Shown here one piece after another: positions 9,927 to 18,658 of a stretch of DNA of 64,000 nt (position 1 is the first letter of the stretch; the number at the start of each line of letters is the position of its first letter). The stretch covers positions 15,974 to 79,973 of IMG/VR virus record IMGVR_UViG_3300012202_000039; one strand, 5' to 3'. The notes under the pieces were generated by a model. It saw only the letters and a program-made list of their open reading frames with translations. It did no database searches and had not been told where the DNA came from. This stretch comes from a virus. Position numbers and translations under genes: made by a program.

Positions 9927-11054
9927 ATGTCTACGATTGATTTCCCCGAGTTAGATATTGAAACCTATATCTCTGCTGACCCTATCGACGTAGTACCAGA
10001 TAATAGCAAGGGTTCACAGAAGATTGCTATTCTAGGCTTAGGTCAAGCCGGCGGACGTATAGCAGAAGCTTTCCAAGACATTGGGTATAATAAAACTATT
10101 TATGTTAATACTACCGCACAAGATATTAATAATATTGTCTATAAATGTATTATTGGTATTACTGGTCGACCAGGCGGTGCTGGTAAGAATATGGCTATTG
10201 CTAGGGAAGCCTTTAATCAATGTGAATCAACTATTACTAACTTGATGACTAAAGTGTACGGTAAAGTTGATCATATTCTAGTATGTGCTGCGTTAGGCGG
10301 AGGTACTGGCTGCGGTTCCGTGGTTTCTGCTTTAGAATTAGCTAAGAAGTATATGCGTTATATCGGACACGCCGATGCAGATAAGCGAGTTGGGGCGGTT
10401 ATTACTATCCCAACTAATGGTGAACTTAACCCGCAAGTATTAAGTAATACTCTAGAAACCGCCGAAGAATTATCTAGGTTAGCAGATAATCAAGAAATCA
10501 GCCCTTTGATTATGGTGGATAACGAGAAGCTTAAGCTTCTCTATCAGACTAAAATTCCTATTGCGAAGTACCACACAACTATTAATAATCTTATTGTCCA
10601 GCTTATTGATAGTTTTAATACTATTTCTAACCAAGCTAGTGAATACATCACCTTCGACGCCACAGATTATGAAACCATCCTACAATGTGGCGGTCATATG
10701 ATTTCCGGGGTAACTCGGGTAGATAATTGGTTAGATAAAGATCTAGTAGTTAAAGCATTTCGAGATAATTTGATGGGTGCATTATTATCCTCTGATTTCG
10801 ACCTAACTACGGCTACTCACGGCGGTGTAGTAGTAATGGTTGACGAGGAGTTGATTAATACTGATGTAAATCTTCAAGCTTTTATTGAAGCTGGATTTGA
10901 TTCGATTAATCTCCTATGTCCTAAGGCCACTATTCATCGTGGTTTATACAAATGTAAGCCGACTAAGTTGAGTAAAGTTCGCGTATATACCACACTAGCT
11001 GGATTAAAGACACCTACTCGTAAATATGATAAGTTATCTGCTTTATTGAACTAA
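9927..11054 (+). CDS. tubulin/FtsZ superfamily GTPase
   Basis: GLGQAGGRIA, NTT..D, GGAGKN, signature GGGTGCG, DNE, T7-like FDATDY. Confidence 0.9.
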   Translation: MSTIDFPELDIETYISADPIDVVPDNSKGSQKIAILGLGQAGGRIAEAFQDIGYNKTIYVNTTAQDINNIVYKCIIGITGRPGGAGKNMAIAREAFNQCESTITNLMTKVYGKVDHILVCAALGGGTGCGSVVSALELAKKYMRYIGHADADKRVGAVITIPTNGELNPQVLSNTLETAEELSRLADNQEISPLIMVDNEKLKLLYQTKIPIAKYHTTINNLIVQLIDSFNTISNQASEYITFDATDYETILQCGGHMISGVTRVDNWLDKDLVVKAFRDNLMGALLSSDFDLTTATHGGVVVMVDEELINTDVNLQAFIEAGFDSINLLCPKATIHRGLYKCKPTKLSKVRVYTTLAGLKTPTRKYDKLSALLN

Positions 11055-11067
11055 AGGAGTAACACAA

Positions 11068-11280
11068 ATGAACGAACCTAAGAAAATTTTACATATTACA
11101 GTTGGTTCTGATGATTGGTATTCTACTAATGTAGAATTGGAGCAAGTTTATAATTTATTTAAAAATGGTATATTAAATGCGCATAATTGTGTTACACAAA
11201 GAGGTATTGAAGTTAAGGCTATAGATAATATTGAAGATATAGATGAAATTGTCATCAGGCGTAAGATGAAATTACCTTAA
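11068..11280 (+). CDS. small protein homologous to the portal segment flanking the intein site
   Basis: ILHITVGSDDWYSTNVEL...VTQRGI vs portal IGWARVGDDEWEPTNNEL...VTRNGI; AAGGAG RBS. Confidence 0.7.
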   Translation: MNEPKKILHITVGSDDWYSTNVELEQVYNLFKNGILNAHNCVTQRGIEVKAIDNIEDIDEIVIRRKMKLP

Positions 11281-11312
11281 ATAATACACCAAAACTAGCC
11301 AATTCTATATGG

Positions 11313-11347
11313 AATAGCCCTAAGGTATCACCTTAGGGCTATTTTTT
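11313..11347 (+). terminator. intrinsic terminator
   Basis: AATAGCCCTAAGGT-atc-ACCTTAGGGCTATT followed by a T-run. Confidence 0.85.
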
Positions 11348-11367
11348 CGTTTAAAGTTATCTAATTT

Positions 11368-11394
11368 ATTAGATACTATTCAATAGTATCTAAT
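11368..11394. promoter_or_regulatory. 13-bp inverted repeat directly after TAATTT (5' UTR hairpin or operator)
   Basis: ATTAGATACTATT-c-AATAGTATCTAAT. Confidence 0.5.
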
Positions 11395-11415
11395 TCTCTC
11401 CTAAAGGAATATAAA

Positions 11416-12336
11416 ATGTACCTAGGCCACGTAGTCAAAGCTGAAGCTATCCCTCAGTGGTTTTCTGATATGAATAAAGAAGGTCAACAAGGCTACTTAA
11501 AAGATCACCCTAACTCCAAGATTGCTCATACAGTTAAGAATAATCCGAAAGCTTTGAAATCTGGTAGTAGGGGTGGAACTAATAAACCAGCTCCACACGA
11601 TCCTAAGAAGACTCTAGATATTATCAAAAAGAATCCTAGGGTTCAGAAGGCGCTTAAACCAAATTCTCCAGAACGACAGGAATTAGCTGGTAATTTAAAG
11701 AAATATAAAAAATTAATGGATAAGACCTATAAAGGATTAGATTTAGAAACTAGAGATGCACTTAGGGCTACTTCTGCTAAACTAAAAGCTGGTAAGAAAT
11801 TAGATGAAAAAGATATGCAAGGTATAGTAAATTTAACAAATGAATATACTAAGAAAAATAAATACGGATTAGGTAAGGCGGCAGCCAATGCAGTTGGTGC
11901 GGGTATTGGTGTTGCTGCTATGAACGTGGGCGGAGCGTTAACATTATATACTGGTGGTTTGGCAGGAACATTAGGAATTGGGGCAGCAGGTACAGCTGCC
12001 GCTATTGCCGCTCCTCTTGGTATTGGGCTGTTAGCAGTTGGCGCAGGTATATATGGGTATAATGCATTTAAGGGTATTAGAGGAAATTTTAGAAATTTAC
12101 GAGGCAAAACTAAAATTAACGACAGAGAAACCCAAGAATTACTTAAACACAAGAATGAATTCAGTACTATTACAGCTTACTTCTACACTAAAGCAGAAGA
12201 CAATACTCCCGATGATCCTATTCAAACTATTCTAGATCACATGTCTAAGGCGGTGCAGACTACTAATCTCTCCCCAGAGATGTGGGCACAGATGTTAACT
12301 CCTATTAAAAGTGAAGCTAAAGAAAAAGAGGAATAG
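11416..12336 (+). CDS. glycine-zipper family paralog A (putative internal head/ejection protein)
   Basis: WFSDMNKEGQQGYLKDHPNSK motif, NSPERQ motif, central Gly/Ala hydrophobic segment. Confidence 0.6.
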   Translation: MYLGHVVKAEAIPQWFSDMNKEGQQGYLKDHPNSKIAHTVKNNPKALKSGSRGGTNKPAPHDPKKTLDIIKKNPRVQKALKPNSPERQELAGNLKKYKKLMDKTYKGLDLETRDALRATSAKLKAGKKLDEKDMQGIVNLTNEYTKKNKYGLGKAAANAVGAGIGVAAMNVGGALTLYTGGLAGTLGIGAAGTAAAIAAPLGIGLLAVGAGIYGYNAFKGIRGNFRNLRGKTKINDRETQELLKHKNEFSTITAYFYTKAEDNTPDDPIQTILDHMSKAVQTTNLSPEMWAQMLTPIKSEAKEKEE

Positions 12337-12338
12337 AG

Positions 12339-13187
12339 ATGTATTTTCCCTCTGAAAAAGAATATTTTAAAATAATGTCTAGTGTTGGCAAGCTAGACAT
12401 TAATATAGATTTAAATGAAATATTATCTTCAGTAATACCTCTACATAATATCAGGTCTTATTACGAAGGTGCTAAAGCTTTACCTAAGTTCGACAAATCT
12501 AGTCTCAATAAGATATCACAGTCTGGAACTAAGTCTATAAATAAAGCTAAAACTACATTAAAATCTAACGGCGTTAATATAACTTTACTTCAAAGCTTAT
12601 GCTATAAGTATGGTAAAACCTATCGTGCCGGCTTTGATCCACAGAAATTCGCTCAACATATCAAAGAAATTCACACTAAAGTATCAGTTAAAGAGTTACC
12701 TAAAACTATACTATTATTACTAGTCATGCTTATAGCCTCGTTATTATTTCAAATGATATTATTCTCAATTATAGTAACCGGTTTATCCGCTGTCGGTATA
12801 TCTATAGCTGGAGGCTTTATATTTACAATAGTTAACATCATTTACTTAGTTCTAGGGGCGCCTATATTTGAAGAAACTGCCAAAAAATACGCAAATGAAC
12901 ATGGATTTGGAAATACTTATGTAACATTATTTACTTACGCCGAATTTGCTAAATACGTAATTACTTTTGCACATGCCGGCGTTGCCGTCCTAACTATTGT
13001 AGCTTATAGAATATTAGCAGCAGTTCTTCATTTTTATACACATTATTTACAAAAAGAAAATGTAGATTTTACGGGTAAGAAAAGTGATATTAAGAATGCA
13101 GGTTACAAAACAGGACTAGCAGTTCACGGTCTTTGGAATTTTTGTTTAGGCGGCTTACCCATGGTACTACAACTTATTCTTAAATAA
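12339..13187 (+). CDS. PrsW/CPBP-like intramembrane protease
   Basis: Multiple TM helices with EETAK, FTYAE, LHF and HGLWN motifs (EExxK, FxxxE, H, HxxxN). Confidence 0.7.
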   Translation: MYFPSEKEYFKIMSSVGKLDINIDLNEILSSVIPLHNIRSYYEGAKALPKFDKSSLNKISQSGTKSINKAKTTLKSNGVNITLLQSLCYKYGKTYRAGFDPQKFAQHIKEIHTKVSVKELPKTILLLLVMLIASLLFQMILFSIIVTGLSAVGISIAGGFIFTIVNIIYLVLGAPIFEETAKKYANEHGFGNTYVTLFTYAEFAKYVITFAHAGVAVLTIVAYRILAAVLHFYTHYLQKENVDFTGKKSDIKNAGYKTGLAVHGLWNFCLGGLPMVLQLILK

Positions 13188-13204
13188 TATAGGAAGCTAG
13201 AGAA

Positions 13205-13921
13205 ATGCCAGATAAAAAAGCTTTACAAAAAATTATCGATGATCCCCGAACTAAAAAGGCTATGCAATCTAACTCTCCTGAAAGACAAGCTTTAGCTAAG
13301 ACAATTCTCAAATATAGAAAACCCGTACAGAAAGTTTATAAATCTCTCCTACCAGGAGAGAAATTACTTATGGATGCTATAGCTAATAAGTTACGTAAGA
13401 ATGAGAAACTAGATAAGAATGATATTAAGGATTTATCTAGTTTCACTCAAAGATATACACAGGAGATCGATCCCGCTTCCTATAAAAACATGTATAAGTA
13501 TGAACGAAATAGTAGTTTACAAGGAGGATTATTAGCATTCGCTTTAATACCTTGGGCTGCTAAAGGTTTAGCAACTCAATTTAGTGGTCCTCTTGTTGGT
13601 CTCGCGGCAGGTGTTGTTTCTTTCCCACCGGCCGTAATTTTTGGTACAGCAGCTTTAGCTGGTTTATCTTTAGGTATGGAAATATATAGTGCATATAAAG
13701 GTATTAAGAATTGGATTATGCGTATAAGAGGTACGGATAAAATTGATACAGATCAACTAAAAAGTGTATTAAAACATCAACCTTTAAGTCATGTACATGC
13801 TTACTATATATCAGCGGATAACGATAATTCTGAAGCAACCGTCGATACAATTCTAAAAGCCACGGCTAAAGCAATTTTAACTGTTAAAATTAATCCAGAG
13901 GATCTTATGAAAGCTGCGTAA
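13205..13921 (+). CDS. glycine-zipper family paralog B
   Basis: DDPRTKKAMQSNSPERQALA; hydrophobic core; C-terminus similar to 11416 ORF. Confidence 0.6.
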   Translation: MPDKKALQKIIDDPRTKKAMQSNSPERQALAKTILKYRKPVQKVYKSLLPGEKLLMDAIANKLRKNEKLDKNDIKDLSSFTQRYTQEIDPASYKNMYKYERNSSLQGGLLAFALIPWAAKGLATQFSGPLVGLAAGVVSFPPAVIFGTAALAGLSLGMEIYSAYKGIKNWIMRIRGTDKIDTDQLKSVLKHQPLSHVHAYYISADNDNSEATVDTILKATAKAILTVKINPEDLMKAA

Positions 13922-13922
13922 T

Positions 13923-14747
13923 ATGTTAATATTTGCTACTGAAGATAAAAATTCTTGGTTCTACGATATGAATAAAGATCAACAGGATTTGTATATCACT
14001 AGGCATCCTAACTCCAAATTCGCTAAACAAGCGTCACCAGAACAAGGTGACGCTGATGCTTTTTCTACACATATTTTAGACGATAAAAAAGTACAGAAGG
14101 CTACACAGCCTCACTCCAAACAGCGTAAACAAGCCGCTAATAGTGTTACTAACCAAGGGAAATTAATCGAGGATTATTATAGTAAACTGCCTAAGACTGA
14201 TAAGCTTAAGTTAGATAGTTTCACTAAAAAATTAAGTAATAAAGAAAAGATATCTAAAGTAGATTTTAAACCAGTTAAAACATTCTTTAATAAATATCAA
14301 AAGTGGGTTAAAGGTTTAGATAGCGAAAAAATTGGTAAACTAGCTATTAAGGGTGCGGCCGTTTTTGCTATTGGCTCTTTCGTGGCAGCTAATATACCTC
14401 TAGCTGCTTTAGCTGGAGTGGTATTTTTATCTAGTAAGTTTAAAGGACCGGAACCTAAATTTTTGGGTCCAGTTAGGCAGCCTAAAAAAGAAGCAGAAAC
14501 TGAAGAATCTGCACCTAAGTATACTAAATCCAAGCCTAATATAATCGATACTGAATACGAAGAAGTTCCTAACGATGAGTATCTTGATCATAAACAACCT
14601 AAGCAATTGCAACATATCACTAGCTACTTTAATATAGCAGCAGTAGATAATACTCCACAAATTCTAGTTAAGCATTTAGCTGATGCACTTCAGTCACATA
14701 ACTTTACCAAAGAACAGTGGCAATATTTATTACGGCACCAATCATGA
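13923..14747 (+). CDS. glycine-zipper family paralog C
   Basis: WFYDMNKDQQDLYITRHPNSK; KKVQKATQPHSKQR; hydrophobic core; shared C-terminal DNTP..IL..HL motif. Confidence 0.6.
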   Translation: MLIFATEDKNSWFYDMNKDQQDLYITRHPNSKFAKQASPEQGDADAFSTHILDDKKVQKATQPHSKQRKQAANSVTNQGKLIEDYYSKLPKTDKLKLDSFTKKLSNKEKISKVDFKPVKTFFNKYQKWVKGLDSEKIGKLAIKGAAVFAIGSFVAANIPLAALAGVVFLSSKFKGPEPKFLGPVRQPKKEAETEESAPKYTKSKPNIIDTEYEEVPNDEYLDHKQPKQLQHITSYFNIAAVDNTPQILVKHLADALQSHNFTKEQWQYLLRHQS

Positions 14748-16369
14748 TTAATCTCGCTGCTTTCTACGAAGAACAAGCTAACGCTATTACTATCGATGAA
14801 AAGCTGATAGAAGAATTAATTCAATACATCTCAGATGTAGCTGATATATTAGAATTTGGTCCGTTAAAAGTAGAAGAATACAAGTTACTTCATGTTAGAA
14901 ATTTTACTAATCAAATATTAAAAAATCACCCTGTTCGTAATAAATATACCTACCTTTACCGTTTTCACTACGGTAAAGCTTTTGTACATATTAACCCCAC
15001 TACTAATATCAAAGCAGTTAAATTTATAGTAACTGCAACCGAACAACAGATAGAAAAGCCCAAACCACATAAAATTATTGCCTATACTAGTATAATTGAT
15101 AATCTACCTCTAAGATGGGATCCTAAAACTAAGAAGAATATTAAAACTCAGTTAAAAACTATCTACACCGAAGAAGAACTTCGGGTGATAATAAACCGAT
15201 TTAAACAAAAGAACCCCGGTTCAGATGATATGGATATCGCTAAATATTTGATGTTATTATTAAAACATCCGCCTAAGGGTCATGAATCTATCTTAGATGG
15301 TTTATCACTTAATGATGCTGAAAAACAAGTCATTGTTCAGAGTTTATCTCCTCACGAAATTAACGAAGTAATCGCAATTTGGCGAGAAAGTTTTCAAGGT
15401 AAAAATCATCCGATTCAATTCTTATTTAAAAATGCTATATTACGTAACAAACGTCGTGTACCCGTATCTAAACAAATATTAGATAATAAAACTAAACTTA
15501 TTAATTCTTTAGCTATTGATAAAGAAGATAAATATACTTTAGATAATAAGTTCTCTTATGTAGAAATTATCGATATAGTGGAAGCTTACAAAAAACGTAC
15601 TGGTAATGAACAACCTACTATCTTAAATCTTAGTGATCTTTTTCAAATAGTATTAGATGATTACGTAGCTATGAATATTCGCTTTATTCTAACTAAAGTG
15701 GGTACGGCGGATTGGCCGAAAATCCATGAAGAACTTGATCACCAATCTTATTTAAATCCAGGTAAAGATATTAATTTTACCGATGATGAGCGTCTACCGC
15801 CCCATCTACTCAAAGAAGAACCAGATTTTTATAAAGAAGAAAAAACTCTTATTGAAACCCCAAGAGATCTTTATAAAGGTTTTATTAATTTTATTACATC
15901 GGGTAGACTATATATTAATGCCCGAGCCTACGAGACCTGGTATTTATCCGAAGGCATAGCAAATTACTTCGCTTTCGAGGTATACAAAGCCCACCCGTTT
16001 AAGAATGAATTTCAGCAGCCGTTTACATTATTACCTTCTATCTTAACCTACGATAATCTAAAAGCTCCTATTTTAATATCTCCCTGGTATATAGCCGCTA
16101 TATTAGAGACCTTCCCTGAAGCAGCTATTAAGCGAGTAACGTCTAACACTAAATATCTCTTAGATATCAAGCGTGTCTCGCATCGTTTACAACGAGTTTT
16201 CGGAGAAAAGGGGGCTTATGCTGTAATTTTACATCATGAAGGTACTAATAAACATGTTCATCCTATTTCTGCGGTAGAAGCTAAACCGCAGTCCGCTAAT
16301 ATTACTATTCCAACTGGTGTACCTTCACGTCAAGTAATAGAATATTTAGATAATTATATGAGAGTATAA
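14744..16369 (+). CDS. hypothetical protein (possible virion head protein)
   Basis: Long ORF; start moved to the ATG overlapping the upstream TGA. Confidence 0.6.
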   Translation: MINLAAFYEEQANAITIDEKLIEELIQYISDVADILEFGPLKVEEYKLLHVRNFTNQILKNHPVRNKYTYLYRFHYGKAFVHINPTTNIKAVKFIVTATEQQIEKPKPHKIIAYTSIIDNLPLRWDPKTKKNIKTQLKTIYTEEELRVIINRFKQKNPGSDDMDIAKYLMLLLKHPPKGHESILDGLSLNDAEKQVIVQSLSPHEINEVIAIWRESFQGKNHPIQFLFKNAILRNKRRVPVSKQILDNKTKLINSLAIDKEDKYTLDNKFSYVEIIDIVEAYKKRTGNEQPTILNLSDLFQIVLDDYVAMNIRFILTKVGTADWPKIHEELDHQSYLNPGKDINFTDDERLPPHLLKEEPDFYKEEKTLIETPRDLYKGFINFITSGRLYINARAYETWYLSEGIANYFAFEVYKAHPFKNEFQQPFTLLPSILTYDNLKAPILISPWYIAAILETFPEAAIKRVTSNTKYLLDIKRVSHRLQRVFGEKGAYAVILHHEGTNKHVHPISAVEAKPQSANITIPTGVPSRQVIEYLDNYMRV

Positions 16370-16370
16370 A

Positions 16371-16667
16371 ATGAAAACTATAAACGAACTTATATTATCT
16401 TATACTATTCCTATCGATCAATACTGCGACGAAATCGATAAATATTGTGAAACTGCTAATATTAAAATTGTAAAACCGTGCACCTTTAACGACTCAGTTT
16501 ATTCTATTATTATAGCTAATATTTTACATTATGATAAATTTCGTGAACTTCTGACTAATATAGAGTTACTCTGTCGTTCACATGGTCGTTATGATATGTA
16601 TATTATCTCTAGTTCTTTAGGTTTAAAAATCACAATTAAAGTCTATGATCAATATTTAAAGGCTTAA
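16371..16667 (+). CDS. hypothetical protein
   Basis: 98-aa ORF tightly packed in the operon. Confidence 0.55.
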   Translation: MKTINELILSYTIPIDQYCDEIDKYCETANIKIVKPCTFNDSVYSIIIANILHYDKFRELLTNIELLCRSHGRYDMYIISSSLGLKITIKVYDQYLKA

Positions 16668-16670
16668 ATT

Positions 16671-17495
16671 ATGCCAGCACAGGGACCACATGTATCTACT
16701 ACTCGCTTCCTAAATAAAAAAGCTACACATAGTGATGATAATAAATCTGAAGAAAACATTCGTCATCTAATTAAAATATATCGAGATATTAAAACTATTA
16801 CTGGTAATTGCCAACTTAAGGATGATAAGATTCTCATCTTTGAAGAGAATTTTAGCCAATTTGTTATGAAGTTAAAAGAAGATGGATGGAAGTTATCTAA
16901 CCTTACTTTTAGTACGCACACTAAAACTATATATATGAAGAAGGATGATATCGAGATAGGATTAGATAACCGAATTAATCAAAATCAAACTAGTCCGATA
17001 AAGTTATATATCTATAATACTATAGATGAAGATTTAGATAATAAGCCCACGGGTATGTTACCGATGGATATGATAATGAATTCTCCAGCATATAAAAAAA
17101 TGCACGAGGAAGAATCCGCTTTCGGTGATAAACTTAAGAAAGGATTTAATCTAACCAATATAATTAAATCTTTATTAAAGTATTTAGTATCTAAGCAGGA
17201 AAGAGATAGTGCTAAAAAACTCTTAAAATTATCCAAAGAAATTGAAGATTCTATCGATGAACACGAGGAACGTATACGTAGCGAAATGAAGTATTTAGCT
17301 CAAACTATTAACCCTCTTATTAACGACATTAAGAAACTCAAGGTTAGTATAGATGAATTAGATGAATCCGGGGGTAAACAGAAATTAAAGCAAAACTTAG
17401 ATAACTATTTAAATCATTTAGTAGATTACGTCCGTAATCCTCTGATTAGCTGTGCAGAAATAACTAAGTCTATCTCTGAAAGACTAGAGTCATGA
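16671..17495 (+). CDS. hypothetical protein with C-terminal coiled coil
   Basis: 274-aa ORF. Confidence 0.55.
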   Translation: MPAQGPHVSTTRFLNKKATHSDDNKSEENIRHLIKIYRDIKTITGNCQLKDDKILIFEENFSQFVMKLKEDGWKLSNLTFSTHTKTIYMKKDDIEIGLDNRINQNQTSPIKLYIYNTIDEDLDNKPTGMLPMDMIMNSPAYKKMHEEESAFGDKLKKGFNLTNIIKSLLKYLVSKQERDSAKKLLKLSKEIEDSIDEHEERIRSEMKYLAQTINPLINDIKKLKVSIDELDESGGKQKLKQNLDNYLNHLVDYVRNPLISCAEITKSISERLES

Positions 17496-18490
17496 ATATC
17501 CCACGTATTGTAGGTAGATTATGTAACTACGTAGACAATAAATTTTTCCCTCACCATATATACTCTTCTACTAAAATCACTTTAAAGCCTCTACCGGTTA
17601 TGTGGTTTGAGAATGAGAAAGGTGATAAAATTTCTTTTATGTATGAAGGTAAGCCTCCTACAGAAGAAATGCCAGATATAAAAGACTACCCTTATGCGCA
17701 TATGCGCATGAATGCTATTATTAGAGATGATATTTTTAAACGAGATAAAACTGGAGATGATGGTGATAATATTATTGGTAGTAGGCAGCGAGGGTTTAAT
17801 GGAGATTTAGCCCTTAGTCTGGCTAATAATTCTAACTTAAAATTATCTGAAGCTATTGCGTTTTGTGCTACATGCTGCGAAAGATGTATGAATTTATTAG
17901 CGAATAAATTAGGTTTATCTTGGGGATATACGCCAGATAGTGAAGATGCTAAGAAAGTTAATACTTCTTGTGAGGTTTGCCCGCAAGTAGCAGAGTTATT
18001 TCCTAAAGATAGTATCAAGTATAGCATAGAAAAAGCTTCTACTTTAGATATAGATACTCAGCTAGACTTTAAAAGATATTATCATACTGCAAATATAGAT
18101 TGGTCATATTATGCAGAAGATGAAATAGCTAGAATAGTAGCTAAATTCTTACCTTATGATATTAAGTTAACTTCCAATTTAAAAGATAGTATACATACTT
18201 TTATAAATAAGTGTCAGAAAGAGAATTGGTTCGAAGTACAAGCTAAAGAATCTTATCGGTATCTTATTAACTCAGCTATACTTAATCTTATCTCTAGTTT
18301 AAAATCTAATTCTAAACAGCCCAAGATATTATTGATTAAGGCTAAGATATATCCTCTGTATAGTAATGAAGCCAATCTATTTATTCCTAAAGAAATGCCC
18401 TTATCTCGCTACCAACACGATATATTAGCTACTATTCTTAATAAAAATGTAAAAGAAATAACTCCAAAAATGCTAAAATATATCAATTAA
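17492..18490 (+). CDS. hypothetical protein with Cys cluster (possible Zn site)
   Basis: CATCCERC...SCEVC; ATGA overlap. Confidence 0.55.
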   Translation: MNIPRIVGRLCNYVDNKFFPHHIYSSTKITLKPLPVMWFENEKGDKISFMYEGKPPTEEMPDIKDYPYAHMRMNAIIRDDIFKRDKTGDDGDNIIGSRQRGFNGDLALSLANNSNLKLSEAIAFCATCCERCMNLLANKLGLSWGYTPDSEDAKKVNTSCEVCPQVAELFPKDSIKYSIEKASTLDIDTQLDFKRYYHTANIDWSYYAEDEIARIVAKFLPYDIKLTSNLKDSIHTFINKCQKENWFEVQAKESYRYLINSAILNLISSLKSNSKQPKILLIKAKIYPLYSNEANLFIPKEMPLSRYQHDILATILNKNVKEITPKMLKYIN

Positions 18491-18508
18491 TATATCATGG
18501 CAAACATT

Positions 18509-18550
18509 AAATATAAATAGCCGGGAATATATTCGCGGCTATTTATATTT
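18509..18550. terminator. palindromic terminator-like hairpin
   Basis: 42-bp palindrome with one mismatched pair and AT-rich flanks. Confidence 0.75.
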
Positions 18551-18658
18551 TTAGAGCTATTTTGGCATTTTTACTACATTAATAATTTATCGCATATGTT
18601 TGATTGAAGGTTGATCAAATATGTGTTTACTTTAGCCATTTAATGAAGGATTATTTTT

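Noticed and set aside
9927-11054. Calling this a nucleus-forming phiKZ-like phage because of the tubulin
   Set aside because: No chimallin or multisubunit RNA polymerase recognised here, and the structural module is a compact T4-like sheath/baseplate set
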